A DNA stretch of 64,000 nt from an uncultured Acidobacteriota bacterium (GTDB lineage Bacteria > Acidobacteriota > Thermoanaerobaculia > Multivoradales > UBA5704): contig CAVYRF010000002.1 of the NCBI GenBank assembly GCA_963770895.1, forward strand, positions 5,376,001 through 5,440,000. Direction: 5' to 3'. Shown here piece after piece: positions 31,701 to 37,700 of the stretch; the stretch's first letter is position 1, and each line of letters starts with the position of its first letter. The translations under genes and the position numbers were made by a program. The notes under the pieces are model-generated. The model was not told the DNA's origin and did not search any database. It saw only the letters and a list, made by a program, of their open reading frames with translations.

Positions 31701-34700
31701 CGGCCGCCGGCGGCTTCAGCGTGCCTCTGGTGGACCTGGCTGGCCTGCCCGAGGCGGCGCGCGAGCGGCTGACCGCCCAGCTGGTCGCCGCCGAAGCGGC
31801 GCGCCCGTTCGACCTGGCGCGCGGGCCGGTGCTGCGCGCCACGCTGCTGCGCCTGGCGCCGGCGCGACACGTGGCGCTGATGAACATGCATCACATCGTC
31901 AGCGACGGCTGGTCGATGGGCGTCCTGGTGAGCGATCTCGGCGCGACCTACCGCGCCTTCGCCGCCGGGCAGCCTTCGCCGCTGCCTGAGCTGCCGGTGC
32001 AGTACGGCGATTTCACGCTGTGGCAGCGGGGGTGGCTGGACGGCCAGGTGGTCGAGCGCGAGCTGGGCTTCTGGCGCGAGCAGCTGCGCGGCGTGCCGCC
32101 GCTGCTGGCGCTGCCGCTCGACCGGCCGCGGCCGGCGGCGGCGACGACGCGCGGCGCGATCCGCGGCATGGCGCTGCCGGCGGGCTGGGGCGACACGCTG
32201 GCCCGCTTGAGCCGCGCGCAGGGCGCGACGCGCTTCATGGGCCTGCTGGCGGGGCTGGCCGGGCTGCTCTGCCGCTACAGCGGTCAGGATCGGCTGGCGG
32301 TCGGCAGCCCCATCGCCGGACGCCACCACGTCGAGCTGGAGCCGCTGATCGGCTTCTTTGCCAACACGCTGGTCCTGGCGGCCGACCTGCGCGGCGGCCC
32401 CAGCCTGGGCGAGCTGCTGCGGCGGCTGCGGGAAACGTGCATCGAGGCCTATGCCCACCAGGATCTGCCGTTCGAAAAGCTGGTCGAAGAGCTGGCGCCG
32501 GAGCGCAGCCTGGCGCATTCGCCGCTCTTCCAGGTGCTGCTGGTGGTGCAGAACGCCCCGGCGCGGGCGATCGAGCTGCCGGGCCTGCGCCTGCGGCCGC
32601 TGCCGCCGCAGGTGACGACCGCCAAGTTCGACCTGACGCTGACGTTCGAAGAATCGACCGGCGAGCTGACCGGATCGCTGCAGTACAACACCGACCTGTT
32701 CGACGGCGCGACCATGGACCGGCTGAGCGCGCACCTGACGGCGCTGCTGGCGGCGGGCGCGGCGGACCCCGAGCGGCGGCTGGCCGAGCTGCCGCTGCTC
32801 TCCGCCGCCGAACGCCACCAGGTGGAGGAGTGGAACGACACCGCGGCGCCCATCGGCTTCGCCGCGCTGCACCAGCTGTTCGAAGCGCAGGCGGCGCGCA
32901 CGCCGGGGGCGGTGGCGGTGGAGCTGGGCGACCGGCAGCTGACCTATGGCGAGCTGGACCGGCGGGCGGACGCGCTGGCGGCGGTGCTGGTTGGGCGCGG
33001 CGTCGGTCCCGACGTGCCGGTGGCGATCTGCCTGGCGCCGTCGTTCGCCATGGTGGTGGCGGTCCTGGCGGTGCTCAAGGCGGGTGGCGCCTACCTGCCG
33101 CTCGACCCGTCCTATCCGCGCGAACGGCTGCGCGCCATGCTGGAAGACGGCAGGCCGCCGGTGCTGCTGAGCGAGCGCGACCTGCTCGACCGGCTGCCCG
33201 CGGAGGCGACGCCGGCGTCGGTGCTGTGTCTGGCGGAGATGCCGGAGCTGGCGGACCTGGCCGGCGGTATGGAAGCGGGGGCGCCGGTGGCGCGGGTGTC
33301 GGGCGGCGCGACGCTCGCAACGGCGGACAACCTGGGGTACGTGATCTACACGTCGGGTTCGACCGGGCGGCCGAAGGGGATCGGTCTGCCGCACGGCGCG
33401 CTGGTCAACCTGATCGTGTGGCACCTGGAGACGCTGCTGTGCGGCGTGCGCACGCTGCAGTTCGCGTCGTTGAGCTTCGACGCCAGCTGCCACGAGATGT
33501 TCGCCTGCTGGGCGTCGGGGGGGACGCTGGTGCTGATCCCCGAGAGCCTGCGGCGCGACGCGCGGGCGCTGGCGCGGTTCTTCGTCACGGCGCGGATCGA
33601 CAAGGCGATCCTGCCGGTGCTGATGCTGCAGCAGCTGGCGGAGATCTACGCCGAGCCGGGCGCCTCGCTGCCGGTGTGGCGGGAGATGACGACGACCGGC
33701 GAGCAGATGCAGATCAGCCCGGCGGTCATCGACCTGTTCGAGCGGCTGCCCGGATGCCGGCTGCACAACCACTACGGTCCCTCGGAGAGCCACGTGGTGA
33801 CGGCGTACAGCCTGGGCAGCGAGCCGCGCGGCTGGGTGTCGCATCCGCCGGTCGGCAAGCCGCTGCCCAACTGCCGCCTGGAGCTGCTGGGTCCCGGGCT
33901 GGAGCGGGTGCCGCAGGGGGTGCCGGGCGAGCTGTACATCGGCGGCGTGTGCCTGGCGCGAGGGTACCTGGGCCGTCCGGAGCTGACGGCGGAGCGGTTC
34001 GTGCCGGACGGCTGGAGCCGGGTGCCGGGGGAGCGGCTGTACAGGACCGGGGACCTGTCGCGCTACCGGGCGGGCGGCGACGTCGAGTATCTGGGCCGCC
34101 TGGACCACCAGGTGAAGGTGCGCGGGTTCCGCGTCGAGCCGGCGGAGGTGGAGGCGGCGCTGGGAGCGCACCCGGCGCTGGTGGAGACGGTGGTGGTGGC
34201 GCTGGACGCGCCGGAGGGCGGCAAGCGGCTGGTGGCCTACATGGTGGGCCAGCCGGGCGGCGGCGACCGTCCGGGGGCGGGGGAGCTGCGCGCCTGGCTG
34301 GGCGAGCGGCTGCCGCACTACATGGTGCCGGCGGCGTTCGTGTGGCTGGAGCAGCTGCCGCTGTCGCCCAACGGCAAGGTGGACCGCAAGGCGCTGCCGC
34401 AGCCCGAAGCGTCGCGGTCGGTGGCGGGAGCGGCGTACCGGGCGCCGGAGTCGCCGGCCGAGCAGCTGGTGGCGTCGTATTACGCGGAGCTGCTGGGGGT
34501 CGACCGGGTGGGCCTGGACGACGACTTTTTCACCTTGGGCGGGCATTCGCTGCTGGCGACGCGGCTGGTGTCGCGGCTGCGCCAGGGATTCGCGCTGGAG
34601 CTGCCGCTGCGGCAGGTGTTCGAAAAGCCGGCGGTGGGGGCGCTGGCTGCCGAAATCGAGCGTCAGCTGCGCAGCGGCGCCGCGGCCGCGGCGCCGGCGA

Positions 34701-37700
34701 TCCGTCCGGCGCCGCGCGACCGGCCGCTGCCGCTGTCGTTCGCGCAGCAGCGGCTGTGGTTCCTGGACCAGCTGGCGCCGGGCAGCCCGCTGTACAACCT
34801 GCCGCTGGCGCTGCAGCTGGACGGGCCGCTCGTGCCGGGAGCGCTGGCCGCGGCACTGACGGCGGTCGCCGGCCGCCATGAGGTGCTGCGCACGGTGTTC
34901 GCGCAGGCCGCGGGCGAAGACGGCGACCCGGTGCAGGTGGTGCGGCCGGCCGGCCAATGGCCGCTGCCGGTCGTCGACCTGGTGGCGCTGCCCGCAGCGT
35001 CGCGCGAGCAGGAGGCGCGCGCGCTGGCCGCAGCCGAAGCGCTGCGGCCCTTCGACCTGGCGGCCGGCCTGGTGCGCGCTGTGCTGCTCGGTCTCGGGCG
35101 CGTCGCGGCCGGCGGCGCCGGCCAAAACGGTGGCTGCTCGGTGCCGCGTGACGACACCAGGTCAGGTGGCAGCGGAGCGGGCGCCGCCAGGCCTTCTGTG
35201 GCGAGTTCCGCCGCGATGGCGACCGGTCTGGTCGCCGGCGTCGGCGTGCAAGAGGTCAGAGACGACGACGCGGTGCGGGATGCAGGAGCGGCCAAGGCTT
35301 TGGCGACCCATGCCACGGCGGCAGGCAGCATGGATGGTGGAGGAGTGGAGCAGAGCATTGACGGCAAAGCGGTTCGGGATTGCGGCGCGCCGCGGCACGT
35401 GCTGCTGCTGACGCTGCACCACACGGTGGCCGACGGCTGGTCGCACGGCGTGCTGGTGCGCGACCTGGTGGCGTTCTATGACAGCTTCACCTCCGGCGGC
35501 GCAGCGGCGGCGGGCCTGCCGGCGCTGCCGATCCAGTATGCCGACTTTGCCGTCTGGCAGCGGCAATGGATGCAGGGCGAGGTGCTGGCGGCGCAGCTGG
35601 ACTACTGGCGGCGCCAGTTGGAAGACGCGCCGCCGCAGCTGGCGCTTCCGACCGACCGGCCGCGGCCGGCATTGCGCAACAACGCTTCCGCGGTGCGGCG
35701 CGCGGCGCTGCCCGCAGACGCGCTGCGCCAGGTGCTGCAGCTGGGCAGGAGCGGTGGCGGGACGCTGTTCATGACCGTCCTGGCGGCGTACCAGGCTGTG
35801 CTGGCGCGCTACGCGGCGCAGGACGACGTGGTGGTCGGTACGCCGATCGCCGGCCGCACGCGCGGCGAAACCGAAGACCTGGTTGGCCTGTTCGTCAACA
35901 CCCTGGCGCTGCGCACGCGGATCGCGCCGCGCGCTTCGTTCCACCAGCTGCTGGCGCGGGTGCGGGAGACGACGCTGGGCGCCTACGCCCATCAGGACCT
36001 GCCGTTCGAGCGGCTGGTCGAAGAGCTCCAGCCGGAGCGCGATCTGGGCCATGCGCCGCTCTTCCAGGTGACGTTGATCCTGCAGAACACGCCGCCGCCG
36101 CCGCGCCCGCCGGCCGGTCTGGCCCTGGCGGCGCTGCCCGAAACTGCCACCGGCGCCAAGTTCGACCTCACCCTGGCGCTGCGCGAGGGCGCGGTGGGGG
36201 AGCTGTCCTGCCTGCTGCAATACAACCGCGACCTGCTGGACGCGGCGACCGGCGAGCGGCTGCTGGGGGCGTTCACCCGCCTGCTGCTGGCGGCCGCCGC
36301 GGCGCCGGAGCGCCCGGTCTGGGACCTGGACATGATGGACGCGGCGCAGCAGCACCAGGTGCTGCGTGAGTGGGGCCGCGGTGCGGTGGGTGAGATTGGT
36401 GCGGTGGGCGAATTGGCTGCGCTGGGCGCAACGGACGCGATGGGTGCGCAGCCCGCGATGGGCCCCCTGGCTGCCGACGGCGCCGGCGCGGCGGCCGCCG
36501 GGGCCTCGCCGCAGATCTGTCTGCATCAACTGTTTGCGGCGCACGCCCGCCGCAGCCCCGATGCGGTGGCGGTGATCCTGGACGACCGCCACCTGACCTA
36601 TGGTGCGCTCGACCGGCTATCTGACCAGCTGGCCCGCCGGCTGCGCGACCTGGGGGTGCGCACCGATACGACGGTGGGCCTGTGCGCCGAACGGTCGCCC
36701 GAGCTGATCGCCGGCATGCTCGCCATCCTGAAGGCGGGTGGCGCCTGGCTGCCGCTCGACCCCGAATATCCGGTGGAGCGCCTGCAATTCATGGCCGCCG
36801 ACGCGCGGCTGCGGGTGCTGCTGGTCGACGGCCGCGGCGCGGCGCAGGGTGACCTGGCGCCGGCTGCGATACGTGTACCGCTGCACCTTGACGGCTGTGC
36901 CGGCGTGGTTCGCGCGCCCGCCGGCGGTCGTGGAGCTGATCTCGCAGCGCCTGACGCCGATCGCCGAGACCGGCCCGCACAGCCCGGCGGCGGTGCCGCC
37001 GCCGGCCTTGCGCCGGGTGACGGCGAAGATCGCACCGCGGGACTTCCGGACAGCGCCGCCTACGTCATCTACACCTCGGGCTCGACCGGCCGGCCCAAGG
37101 GGGTCGTGGTGTCCCACCGCGCGATCCATAACCACATGGCGTGGGTCGGGCGGGCGCTCGCGTGGCGCGCCGGCGACCGCATGCTGCAGCGCACGTCGCC
37201 GAGCTTCGACGCCTCGGTGTGGGAGATGTGGATGCCGCTGCTCTCCGGCACGCAGCTGGTGCTGCTGCCGCCGGGCGGCCACGGCGACCCCGCCCAGCTG
37301 CTGCACGCCGTCGCCCGGCACCGCGTGACGGTGCTGCAGATGGTGCCGTCGCTGCTGGCGGCGCTGGTCGAAGAGCCGGCGGTTGCGGGCAGCGGCGATG
37401 CGCTGCGATGTCTGTGCTGCGGCGCCGAGGCGCTGCCGGCCGACCTGGTGCGGCGCTTCCGTCACAGCCTGGGCGATCCCCACGGCGTCGAGCTGTACAA
37501 CTTCTACGGTCCCACCGAAGCCGCCATCGACATCACCAGCTGGCACTGCGCCAGGGAGCGCGACCAGGAAGGCACCCGCGCCCTGCCCCTGGGCCGGCCG
37601 ATCGACAATGCCGAGGTCGTGGTCCTGGACGCCGCCGGCCGCGTGGTGCCGCCCGGCGTCGCCGGCGAGCTGCACCTGGGCGGCGCTTCGCTCGCCCGCG

